A DNA stretch of 64,000 bases from Anthoceros angustus (lineage: Eukaryota > Plantae > Anthocerotophyta): the NCBI GenBank assembly GCA_010909165.1, contig MU008200.1, positions 372,001 through 436,000 of the forward strand, given 5' to 3'. How positions within the stretch are numbered: the first letter of the stretch is position 1; every line of letters starts with the position of its first letter. Made by a program: the position numbers and the translations under genes. The notes beneath the pieces were generated by a model. That model was not told the DNA's origin, ran no database searches, and worked only from the letters and a program-made list of their open reading frames with translations. This document shows, in pieces, positions 10,936-22,539 of the stretch.

Positions 10936-12709
10936 TTATGAATCCCTTCCTTATCTTGATGCCTATCTTGAGTTCCTTCCTCCAATAAAATAGCCGGGCT
11001 CTCTTAGCCCTGGCTCATCCTCGACTTCTCCTCTTCCTCTCACTTGTGGAGCAAGTGAGCTCCTTACTCTGCACCATGTTAGGAGGTTGGTCTTCTCCTT
11101 GTGATTCTTGCTCCATTCTGCAAGATCAACCCCTCTTCCTTCTTTCTGCAAGGGCCAAGGTACTCGCCTCCCTTGCCGTCAAATCCATGCTAGCCTTGAA
11201 TCCGCTCTTCTTCCAGGACCTCCTACCATGGTAGGGTCCTCCTACCCGGTAGGAGTTCCCTGAGTCGTTTCTTCTTCCTTACCCCTTCACAGGGTGATTC
11301 TCTCCACACTGCAGCTTCTCCTTCACTTGCTTCTCCACAGTGCAAGTTTCTTCACCACATTGCTTGGGACACTCTCCAAGTCTAAGGCTTCGGTTGGACT
11401 TGCATGAGGGCCTCCCTATCATCATCATGAGGTCCCAACATTCTCCTTTCAAAGTCGCAACAACTCGTTAGTGGCCTTGAGCACCTTGTTGTGAAGATGG
11501 GCTGCAAATCGTTGTTGTGCCATCTCCAATTCTTCGTAATCCTCAAGCCATACTCCATGCTCACACTTGCTTTTGTAAGCATCTCGCTCAAGGCCAGCTC
11601 ACGGTCTTGACAGAGCCACATTCTCCGTCCTCTCATTCTGCGGTTGGCGGATCAATCTCTCTTGTAGGGCATAATCAGCCCAAATCTACGCTCCCTCACC
11701 GCCAACATATCTTTGCCGCCTCATGGCGGCCTTTCTCCTTTGCCATTTCTTCCTCCAACTCCCTATCCTCCTAGGGAGTTGTGCATTCTCCGTTCTTTGG
11801 ACTTCTCGTTCCATTTCCAATCTTTGGACAAAATGTGTCCGTTCTTCCAGCTCTTCTTCCTTCAATTCCGCCTCATGGATTTCTCCCAGCTCCTTTTCCA
11901 TGTCACTAATCTTCACGGCTGTGTGGCTATGACCCGCTCATGCCTACTTGCCTTTGTGTCCTCATTCTTTGCGGATTGCTCTCGTCTTGACCTTTCCTCC
12001 ATTAGCAGCACTTGCTTGTCTTAGCCTTCTTTTCCATGTCGCACCATGTGAGCAAGTTGCTCCACCTTCTCCTCTCGAGCTGCCAATTGCTTGGTAAGAG
12101 CCTTGTTCTCCGAATATGATGGTTTGCCTCCTTGCCTTGTCTCAAGACTCTTTTCCAAGTGCTCCACTTGAGCTTCCATCCTCATAACATCCTCCACCTG
12201 GGTTTCCGCTCGCCTACGCAATTTCCCTTGCTTGGTAGGTCCTTGTCTTCTCCCTCCGTCTTCAAGAATTCAACTCTCCTCTTGGCGGCTCCTATGTCTA
12301 CCTTCTTGAACATCTCCCTATCGCATCTCCTCCAACATGTCTAAGTCTCCTTTCTTACCTCCGGGAGACTCAAGGCCTTTGCCTTGCTCATGGGATCTTA
12401 CATCCCTTGCTTCCCTATGATGAGCTCCCGCTCATCACTTGGTGGGCAACTCCTCCCGTGACTCCATCCGCTCGCCCACCTAGCAGGGGCGGTTGCCTTC
12501 TTATCTCCCGCTTGGGAGCTTCCAAACCGTGACTTCCTTTTCCCTCCTACCGTGGTAGGAGGTGCTCCTAGTAGGACTACTTCCTACCGTGGTAGGAGGT
12601 GCTCCGTGGGACTACTTCCCTCTGGTGGTAGGACTAATTCCTTGTAGGCCTTGTCATGAGAGGACGAAGGGGTCCCAAACCCACGTGGAACACCTCCCAC
12701 CTCGCCATG
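10936..12709 (-). pseudogene. ORF X C-terminal half (repeat linker and coiled coil), subfamily 1
   Basis: MRMEAQVEHLEKSLE..LTKQLAAREEKVEQLAH, MKISDMEKELGEIHEAELKEEELEE. Continues at 20183 across the Copia-B insertion. Confidence 0.65.
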
Positions 12710-12937
12710 GAAATGGTGCAAACCAATTGGTATTTATCAATTACATTATTGTAGAAAAACAAGAAAGCATTAGTAAATTGATTGTAGCACTAGACTTATT
12801 CTAGTAGCCAAGAGACATGACCTTTGGCCTAGGGGCGTAACCCTAATGAAAGGGTAAGCTAAATAAATTAAAGCTATATACACACATACACTAGATATAA
12901 TAACTATAAGTAATAACTCAACACTCTATCTTCAATA
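12710..12937 (-). repeat. Copia-B 3' LTR
   Basis: Matches 19952-20182 along its length and is preceded on minus by a PPT. Confidence 0.9.
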
Positions 12938-12946
12938 CTCCCACTT
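12938..12946 (-). promoter_or_regulatory. Copia-B polypurine tract
   Basis: AAGTGGGAG abutting the 3' LTR. Confidence 0.8.
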
Positions 12947-14099
12947 GTTGATTATTGCATAGTGTCATCTTCTTCTCCATGAGCACCTTGTGCGGTAGCA
13001 GTTGAGCTTGAATGCGTGTGTGTATGCAGTTGTGACCCAGCCCCAACCGGCGTAATGGAGCAGCTACAGTGGCGGCCTGCAGGTGTGCCATAAGCATAAT
13101 AGCTTGCCTTTACGTTCCGGTCTTCATTCTTTCACGACTTCTAGGCGTGGTAGCTCCTAGGCAAGATGTCTTCATCTTGAGTCGTGGACTGTCCTCACCG
13201 CCAAGCGCCGTGTCTACGGAGGGATGCTCTAGGTAGGTTTGCGCTGTAGCTAGAAACGGCCTCCATCTCCATGAGGCAAAGGGAGTAACCACTCGGGGCA
13301 CACAGTGGGTCTTCGGGCCGCCCAAGGGAGCCGAAGGAACAGACGCCGTGCTTGAGGAGCGGCCGGCGGGCAGCAGTGCAGCAAGTGGAGCAAGAGCCCT
13401 GCAGGAAGACCCGAGATGGGAGCTCCACCTCGTCGCCCCTCCACCCTGAACCGTTTATTTTCTCGAGCTTCGTTTGATGCCCGCAGTCGAGAAGGGTGAG
13501 TTCAAGTATGCATCTGGAGCCACATCCTCTGCACCACCCAAGTTCCCGAGCCTAAGAGCAGTCGTCGGAGCGAAAATTGTTACCCTCGGTTGTGCTCGGT
13601 TCCCAGCGACCCTATTTGATGCAGTGCTTGGTCACTGAAGATGGTGAGAGTCCGTGTCAGGCTGGCTTTGATACCACATCATAAGCTTCTATAGTAAGTA
13701 TTACTCTTCTGTTTGGGCGATCCTTTCGCCACATTTGCCAATTTTTCCTAAACCCCTGCAGTGCATCGGCATGAATTCACTACCTTTTCCTAAGCTCCCA
13801 CTCGCCCCTCACAGGATCGAGGCGCTTGACGAGGAGGAGGCCGGGCACCAAGGAGAGGATCTCCTACGAGGAGAGAAGAAACTCCCTCGTTGGTGAGACA
13901 TTCTCTACTTCATCGGGCTATGCATCTTGGGAGAAGATTTGAGACTCCTACTTACATGAGTAGGAGGTCCCTTCTGATCTCTCTCCAAGCTATGATGATC
14001 CCGATGACAGCGACAGTTGTGATTGGGGCTGTTCCTAGCTCATAGGCTAGGTTAGGATTGGTTTTGCTTGGCCTCTGGGTAGCCCTCGTGGCTGCCCAT

Positions 14100-17000
14100 G
14101 CCCAAACTTTTCATGTGCTGTTGTGTGCGTCCCTACTCGGGGCTTTTGTGAACAAATCTGTGGATCTTTGTGGTACATACTCAGTAACGACTGATTTGAT
14201 AAGATCCCTAATGAAGTGGTATTCCACTTCCACGTGCTTTGTCTTGAGTGCAGGGGTTCTTGGCCAGTTCATGGATCCTTGGTTGTCGGTTCTAATAGTG
14301 GTGCAAGTAGGGAGTGGCAATCCCGGCTCCTTAAACATTAGCTTGCACCAAGCTATTTCTTTAGCGGCGATGTGAGGACCCGATATTGACGGTCGAAGTT
14401 ACAGCTAGGTTGCTTCTTGCTTGACCAGCATATGGGCCCTCCGCCACCATGACAACGTGCAGACCGACCTCCGTGTATCTATGTCACCAGCATAATCGAG
14501 TCGTATACGTCTCAAGTGGTGTGCGGTATGTATCGAATCGAATCCCAATGTTGGATGTTCCTTGATACCTAACCACCCTCTTAACACCATCCGGTCGTTT
14601 GACGGGGTTCTCGGTATTGCGAGAGCACACTTGTGTGTAAACTACATCGGTCGTGTAGTGTTGGCGGCATAGATAAGTTTGCCAACTCCCTTTTACATGG
14701 GGACCGACCTCATGTCTTCTATGTCCTTTTTGGTTTGGGACACATGGACTTGCTAAATTTTCTCGGATGGCGGTGGAGTCGCTGGATTTGCATCCTTCAA
14801 GCCTTTGTTCACACATTCTAAATTGTCGAGTGTGTGAGAGATATAGATCTTTTTCTATCCCTCAATAAGGATTCCCGAGCAGAAGTGCTCCAAGGTTAGT
14901 CATTTCAAACTTGGTAGATAGCGACTTGTTAACTTTGGTGATGAATGTGGGGCTATTGCGGGATAGAATCAAATCATCAACATACACTGAGATAGCACAC
15001 AACGTCACGGATCTGTAAACATACAGCATGCGAAACACATTTCACGAATCCAAGTGCACGCAGTTCTTCATCCAGACATTCCACTCTAATCTTGATTGCT
15101 TGAATATAGAGGGTTTTATTAGGCGCAAGACATGATCTTCCTTGCCTTTTACTTGTATCCGAGGATGCGCATGTAGATTTGGTGTCCAACTTGCCATGTA
15201 AAATGCGGTCTTTACATCAAACATGTCTAACTCGTAGTCTTGATGTGTGCGGGCACAGTTGTGCGAAGGTGGCTTCATCACGAGCATATGTTTGAAGTAA
15301 TCGAGACCAGCACTTGCGAAAACCACGAGCTACAAGTCGTGCTTTGTACCTATCAAAACTTCCGCCACCATGACAACGTACACCGACCTCCGTGTATCTA
15401 TGTCACCATAATCGAGTCGGTATATCGTCCACTCAAGTGGTGTGTGCGGTATATCGAATCGAATCCCAATGTTGGATGTTCCTTGGATACCTAACCACCC
15501 TCTCTTACCAGTCCGGCGTTTGACGGGGTTCTCGGTATTGCGAGAGCACACTTGTGGTGTAGGCTACATCGTCGTGTAGTGTTGGCGGCATAGATAAGTT
15601 TGCCAACTCCCTTTAGGGACCGACCTCATGTCTTCTATGTCCTTTTTGGTTTGACACATGGACTTGCTAAATTTCACCGGATGGCGGTGGAGTCGCTGGA
15701 TTTGCATCCTTCAAGCCAAGCTGTCACACATTCTCAGTATGTGTGTGAGAGATATAGATCTTTTTCTATCCCTCAATAAGGATTCGAGCTGAAGTGCTCC
15801 AAGGTTAGTCATTTCAAACTTGGTAGATAGCAACGTTAACTTTGGTGATGAATGTGGGGCTATTGCGGGATAGAATCAAATCATCAACATACACTGAGAT
15901 AGCACAACGTCACGGATCTGTAAACATACAGTCTGCAAACACATTTCACGAATCCAAGTGCACGCAGTTCTTCATCCAGACATTCCACTCTAATCTTGAT
16001 TGCTTGAGCCATAGAGGGTTTTATTAGGCAAGACATGATCTTCCTTGCCTTTTACCCGTATCACGAGGGCTGCATGTAGATTTGATGTCCAACTTGCCAT
16101 GTAAAAATGCGGTCTTTACATCAAACATGTCTAGCTCGTAGTCTTGATGTGCTGCCAGGGCACAGATTGTGCGAAAGGTGGCCAGCTTCATCACAGGAGC
16201 ATATGTTTTGAAGTAATCGAGACCAAGCACTTGCGAAAAGCCACGAGCTACAAGTCGTGCTTTGTACCTATCAAAGCTTCCATCAGCCTTTACCTTCAGT
16301 TTGAAGACCCACTTGCAAGACACCACCTTACGTGAGGTAACTTAGCTAGTTCCCATGTTCCATTTTTGATCAAATCATATTCTAATTGAATTGCCTTTTT
16401 CCTCTGCGGCGGTCGTGACTAAGAGCTTCTTCGTAGGATTGAGGTTCGATAGGATCCGAGTAGTCGCATTAGTTGGTTTTCTAAAGTCCCTGATAATGTC
16501 AGTGCCGTCTATCTCTTGCGGATAACGGCTCGGGTTGTGGTGGAGCTTCGGGCAAGGGTTGAATCTCGGGTTCAACCTCGGCATCACTCGAAGATGAGCA
16601 TCTTGACCTCATCCTCGTCAATGTCGGATCGAGTCCGTGGATCGGTCACTGGCTGGAGGTTCTTGCAAATGTTCGCAAAATTTTAAGTTCATCTCCTTGC
16701 TCCGAGCATCATTTCTTGTTCTTCCCCTGAGCAATCTCCAAGAGCGTAATCATCAACGATGACGTCGGGCAAGGTAGAAAGATCAAAGTCCTCCTGTGGG
16801 AGTAGCTCCCACTTGCGCCAAGTTCGACCTTCATCAAAGGTCACGCTCGTGCATAGACCACCTTGTTCGAGGTACGCCACTTATAAGCTTTTATACCTTG
16901 ATATCCTATCATGAGGTACTTCTTGGCCTTAGCACTAACTTGGTTCGCTTAGGGATGAAAGCAAAAGCGATGCATCCGAAAGTGCGAAGATGTTGGATAG

Positions 17001-18900
17001 CGGCTTGCGTAGAAAGCTTCAAAGGGGTCTCCAATCACGGCAGTTGTGCGTGCGTAAATACACACATAAGGGCTTCACCGGAGGATAGTGGCAAAGAGGC
17101 TTGGTGAAGCATAGGAGACCATCTCCTGCGGTGTCAAGTTCAAGCGCTCGGCAACGCCATTCATTGCGGCGTATACACAAGCTGTAAGTTGTGCCCTATC
17201 CCTTCGTCCTTCGGTGAGTGCGGAATTCATTAGATGTGAATTCTCCACCATTGTAGGACTTTCCGATTTTCCTGTCCATCTCTTGCAAGTTTCATGTAGT
17301 CTTTGAGCAGAGAAGCATTCACTTTTAGCTTTCAAGATGTAAGCCATGACAAATCTCGTCTTGTCGTGTGAATGTAAGGAAGTATCGCCACCACCAATTG
17401 AGGGGTCAGTGGCCCACATATGTCGATGCACAAGTTCAAGCACTTGGAAGCTCGTGAGGAGTCTTGTTCTTGAAGGCTGCTTGATGACGTTTGGACACAC
17501 AGCTTCACAGAGGTAAGGATGGCAACCGCCAATTTTACCATCATCACAGTCACTAGACTAGTTTTTGCAACTTTGCGTGAGGGTGACCTAAGCGTGCATG
17601 CCATAACCTAGCTTCTTCTTGCTTGCTTGTCTCGAGCGACCTTGAAGCTAGGCTAGCCTTGGCATGGTGTAGTGTGCGGTCTAAAGAGATCATGGTCGAT
17701 GATCCATAGGCTAGGATTTTGCGATGATCAAAAGCATCTATAATCCTACATTCGGAGTGAAGAGGATGTGACTTTGATTATCCATGTTCAACCTTCTAGC
17801 AATCAAGTTTCTTGTCATTTTACATGATACATCCGTAAGCAAGAGTGTGATGCACGAAGGGGCGGGTAACAAGTGCCACGAGCAGCCTACTATCGTCACC
17901 TAGGTAAACAAATCATTGTGAACTAACGATGTGAATGAACTGTAATAAAGCAGATGTGTGTTGCAAGGAACCACTCTATGGGTTTGCCTTGAGTATTTGC
18001 GAGACAAGCATGTGGGTTAGCAAGAGGGTAGGAAAACTCCCTGGTCCCTACGGTGGTCTGAGCCTTGTTTAGTCACCACAACATGTGTCGAGAAGTGGAG
18101 TTGCCCTCCTTGCGAGGTACTCGGGCTTCTTCGACACTCGGACTCCCAATGGCACGGAATTTGGCACCGGTGGCACTTTCCAGCCTTCTTGGGCTTCGTG
18201 TAGAGCTCCTTGAGCTACTAGCACCGAGGTATTTTGTCTACCTCGAGTTGGGCTTCTTGCCCTTTCCTTTGTTGTTAGTGTACAAAGCTTGCATTTACGC
18301 TTGAATTGTCCTCTTGTGACTTCTTCCAAGAAGAGCTCCCACTAATTCGCAAATGTTGTTTTGGGAGATCAACAGCCTGGCAATCTTCCGCCCTTGTAGT
18401 TGCGAGGTGTTGAATGAGGTCACAAATGTGCCCAAGATTCGTGGAGTGACATCATGAAATGCGAATGAGAGCCCGGTCCTTCACACTATCACTGCGCACT
18501 TTCAAACTTGGAGATTAGGGATCAAGGTAGTCGTGTTTTCAATGGATTCTCCTTCTTTCATCTTCAAGTTTTGTATGTTGTCATCATTTGACTTGTGTCA
18601 TCGCCCAAATAGACTTTGGAGCCGTCCAAATATCGGTGAGGTTTTGCAACAGTCTGTCTCAACATGTCGATTGACGACCACTCCGTAGGAGGAACTGCGC
18701 TTCGTCCTTTATGGTCCAAGCATCAAGTGCCGATCTGAGGGGTGCCGATTCGAGACTTTGACGTCCCATGAACCCAGGCCACAACGCTTGTTTTGAAGGG
18801 CACCACGCATTCTAAGTACCCGGATGTCATAATCCCCTTGAATCTATCCTTCTCTTTGAATCCTCCCGCTAAATTAGAGTCACCCATGTTTAGGAGTCGT
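14100..18900 (-). pseudogene. Copia-B gag-pol (heavily frameshifted)
   Basis: QNLKMKEGESI (gag), CNTHIC (protease), LWHARLGH, NGVAERLN (integrase), CKWVFKLK..DRYKARLVARGFSQ, DVKTAFLHG (RT), IRTDNQG..TKHVEVEYHFIRD (RH). Confidence 0.88.
14437..16280. repeat. Tandem duplication of ~920 bp within Copia-B RT
   Basis: GACAACGT..ACCGACCTCCGTGTATCTATGTCACC at ~14451 and ~15373. Junction CCTATCAAAACTTCC|GCCACCATG at ~15360 with TCC microhomology. Confidence 0.85.
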
Positions 18901-19930
18901 TAGTCCCCTCAGTGAGGATTTTATGGATGAATTTCTAATGCACTGTGACCTGCAGCTAGAGGATTCGAGAAGAGTTATGATGCTACGTGCATCAGGATGG
19001 GCTGCAAATGCAGCCTTTCTGAGGTAAGATGGGTTGATCGTTGGTCACCACATGCAAAATTGACCAACTCCTATCTACCTTTTCCCTAATGTTGTGTTTC
19101 CTAATCTCCCATCGATTAAAGGAATAGGTCATGCAGGATGGACACGAGTTTGGATTCTCAAATTTGTGATGCTTGTTAGTTTTTGTAGCATGCTTACAAG
19201 CTGTCCCTCTGATTGCAGGGTTAGCAAGAAGAGCAGGCCTCAACAAAGCAAGCAATTTGAAATCCAAGTGACCAATCTGATCCAGCAACGATTGTAAGTC
19301 CTCAGAAACAGCAGCAAGCTTTCGACTTATGTTTTCAAAACGTCTGTCTACATGTCGCTGTTGTGATTCTAGTCTAGAACTTAAATGTGTGATGCTGGTA
19401 TGTGGTGCTACGTTTGTGGTTAGGAAACCCCGAGGATTGCCGTTACCAACAATGGCAGGTTGCACATTTGGGAGATTGTGTGGAGTCCTCGCCGAGGGCG
19501 GCACGATGGTGAAGATCGTGAGTTCTTCTCACGTTCTCTTGCGCACCATGTTGTATTTGGCGATGCGCCATCCAGCCGCATCGCGTCACGAGGATCGCCA
19601 TTCATTTGGCAATTCTTGTGTTTTGGAAAATTCCAAGAAACATATTGTAATTTTATATGATTTTATAAAGATATTTGCCACTTCGCGTCGTTCTAGCGTG
19701 TCGATGACTTGCTTTGCAACAATCGGCGAGATGCGCTAGAACGCTCCTAGAAATGCAAAATTTCTATTAACAAATCAAGCAAAAATAGCTACAAAAGGTT
19801 TCTCAAACATTTTCTTGATTTCTTATTAGAAACTAATTTCTAATCAAGAAACAAACACAAAGAACATTTTATGCACATCAACATGTGCACAATTTAATGT
19901 GCATTCTTGTGAATGCAATGCACTAGCATT

Positions 19931-19941
19931 GCTCGATACCA
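19931..19941 (-). promoter_or_regulatory. Copia-B primer-binding site (tRNA-iMet type)
   Basis: TGGTATCGAGC, one base short of canonical TGGTATCAGAGC, about 10 nt from the 5' LTR. Confidence 0.75.
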
Positions 19942-19951
19942 TTACGAAATA

Positions 19952-20182
19952 TGGAAATGGTGCAAACCAATTGAGTATTTATCAATTACATTATTGTAGA
20001 AAAACAAGAAAGCATTAGTAAATTGATTGTAGCAACTAGACTTATTCTAGTAGCCAAGAGACATGACCTTTGGCCTAGGGACGTAACCCTAATGAAAGGG
20101 TAAGCTAAATAAATTAAAGCTATATACACACATACACAAGATATAATAACTAGGCCAATAACTCAACACTCTATCTTCAATA
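19952..20182 (-). repeat. Copia-B 5' LTR
   Basis: TATTGAAGATAG...CCATTTCCA on minus; partner of 12710-12937. Confidence 0.9.
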
Positions 20183-21215
20183 CCATGGATTCACGCCATG
20201 GTAGGATCTATCCTACCTTCCATCTCCGCATCTTCTGCGGTCCAAACTTCAAATCCCCTACAACTTCTCCTTGCAAGTCCTCCACCGCATCCTCGGCCTA
20301 TCTTTCGGAGGATTCCTTCCGAATAATGTCGGTGGTGCTGCGGCACCTCCTTTAGCGCAAAGCACCAAGCACTCCTGTCCCTCTCACAGGTAAGTACACA
20401 ATGTTAAAGGGATGCTTGGAATCATCCAACTCCTTACTTGTGAGTAGCCCTCTACTTCCCACAAATGCACTAGATAAGTGCTAAGATAGCATGGCCTTGG
20501 GACATCTTCATCCAAGCGTTGGGTTTGACAACTTTTTGGTAGGTGTATGCTTCATACATGATGAGCCCCAATCCGGCCGCTCCTTGAGTGATCTTCCATA
20601 GAAAATGGAGGAAGGTAGTCTGAAATATGACACCCTTGGATTGCTCACCAAGCCCAAAACAATTCTTGTGAACAATCTCCACTTGGGCTCCAAGATTTGG
20701 TCCGTCCAACCGTTCTTGGACTTAGCCTTCATGCCCCTTGCATAAGTGTAAGGGCTCCCTTGGGAAGATCCGCCGTTGATGCACGCTTGCCTCACTCGTT
20801 CCTTCCATCAACGTGATTCCGCTATCCTCGCTATCCGGCTGCCATATACAGCGTATGCTCCTTACGGTCCAACACCGTGGATCCGTCCGTGCGTTTCTAT
20901 CCGGTAAGGCGGCCAATTCCTCTTCCGTCTGCAAATTAGCAAAACACTCTCTATCAATTCAAGGTTGGTGTAAGACCAATGTCGCCCATACACCCACTCT
21001 AGCTGAATATTCTCCTCTGCTGCCCAAGGTCGAAAGTCGAAAGGTCTCTAGAGGATAGCTGGCTGCATAGCACGTAAATAAGGGCATGTCAAATTTCCAC
21101 CCTCAGGTCAGATCCTCCACCTTAGACCTCTTGCAGCTCCTGCGCCACCTCCCTTGGTGGACGCTCCTTCCTTAGCTACTACCTCCTTGCCCTTGGTCAT
21201 GGTAGGCTTGGTCAT
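20183..21215 (-). pseudogene. ORF X N-terminal half, subfamily 1
   Basis: First ATG after the TATA box gives MTKPTMTKGKEVVAKEGAS; then EENIQLEWVY, NARTDPRCWTVRSIR, TTFLHFLWKITQG, GHAILALI, LVHLWEVEGLLTSKEL across frames. Confidence 0.65.
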
Positions 21216-21781
21216 GGCCTCCTTGGTTAGTACTTGCACGAAATTGAAGAAAAGTGATGCCTCTCCGCAATTCCTGCGGCACCGACTTCTTATCCTTGCA
21301 AGCGTTTCTCCTCCTCGTGATTTGCTCTTGCTCACAGCTCAAAGGTCCTTGCCCTTGCTCTCCTTCCACAGTCCTTACACCTTGGCGTCGAACCCGATTT
21401 CTCCTGCAGAAAGCTCAACAAAATTCCCCACGGACTCTTACACCTTGATTTAGGAGCCCTTCCTGCACGGTTTCCTAGCAATCTTGCCACGCTCCACCCT
21501 CCTAGGCACCCTCACGAGCTTGGCAAGTGTTGGGTTGCGCCCCAACCTTCTTCTCCCTTCTCTTCTTCCTCTTTTTCCTCCTTCTTCCTCTCTTGGGCGC
21601 CTGGCGGATTTCCGCCTCCTTGCTGAGCTTGCGCCCTCCTTCTCCTCCTCAGCACGGGCGCGTGTACGGCGCGTTGCTGTATGGGGGCCTTGGGCAGCTT
21701 GAGGTGTGGCGGCGCCTTCCTGCTGTGAGGCCGTCTCTTCAAGTTTCTGAGTTGTGGCCTCCTGCAGGCACCTGCAGCCAC

Positions 21782-21853
21782 TTTTATAAGTCACCCAAGG
21801 GTTAGAAAAAGTAACTACCATTCTATCCTGCCCTTGGATGTGTGCCACGTGGC
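21782..21853 (-). promoter_or_regulatory. Candidate internal promoter for ORF X: G-box plus TATA
   Basis: GCCACGTGGC at 21844-21853 and TATAAAA at 21782-21788 (minus), oriented toward ORF X and downstream of an AT-rich tract. Confidence 0.55.
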
Positions 21854-22053
21854 CCCTTTCTCACCGTTGATGTTAGTTTCCTAATTCCCTTATACTAAAA
21901 TACCATTTCCCTATTTTCTAATTTCTAATTGAAAATTAGCCTCTAATTTCTTAATTACCTATTTTGGCCTATTTATCTAGTCCACTAAAAGACTCTATAT
22001 ATAGCAAGCCTATCCTGCCTAAAACATAAGCTACCTTCCTTAGCAACCTATCT

Positions 22054-22297
22054 CCTACCGTGGTAGGACACCCTCCTACCATGGTAGGCGTTTTCCCTTT
22101 CTCCTACCACGGTAGGAGTTTCTCCTACCACGGTAGGAGTTTCTCCTACCCTCTCCTACCATGGTAGGAGCTATTCCTAGGTAGGTGATCAAAACACTAG
22201 CGGTCATCCTCCTACGGTGGTAGGATCTCTCCTACCCTCTCCTACCATGGTAGGAGTTTCTCCTCGGTGGTAGGACACCTCCTACCACTCATGTAGG
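22054..22297. repeat. Array of 14-bp palindromes CCTACC(AT/AC/GT)GGTAGG
   Basis: Copies at 22054, 22075, 22103, 22124, 22155, 22211, 22241, 22262 plus half-sites; several starts exactly 21 bp apart. Confidence 0.9.
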
Positions 22298-22539
22298 TTA
22301 CCTTTTCTCCTCACCAGGTCGTTTTGACCCGTTTCTTTTCCTGCATATCCTCTGCCTTCCCAACATGGTCCTACAACTCCGCTCAAAAGGAGCAAAAATT
22401 TCCTTGCATGTCTTCACCAAACCATTTCTAGCAAAGAGTGTGGGCTGTTTCAAAGCAAACTCATTTAAGCTTGTTGCCCAAACTTTTGCGTTCCACATAC
22501 TCCCTCCTCACTGTTTGCGTCCTCGCAAACAACAGACAC

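Larger units (their letters stand above)
12710..20182 (-). mobile_element. Copia-B, structurally complete Ty1/copia element inserted in ORF X
   Basis: Two near-identical ~230-bp LTRs, PBS, PPT, gag-pol. CCATG direct repeat at 12705-12709 and 20183-20187. The flanks rejoin to the uninterrupted site seen at ~28000-28030. Confidence 0.9.

Noticed and set aside
21215-21780. Basic R/K/E-rich ORFs (e.g. 21450..21848) as part of ORF X protein
   Set aside because: They start upstream of the TATA box or lack an ATG, and the frame differs between copies. Better read as a purine-rich leader; a possible intron (GTAAG, TACTAAC) is unsupported.
22054-22297. CRISPR array
   Set aside because: Repeats are 14 bp with 7-40 bp related spacers, there are no cas genes, and the context is a eukaryotic retroelement.
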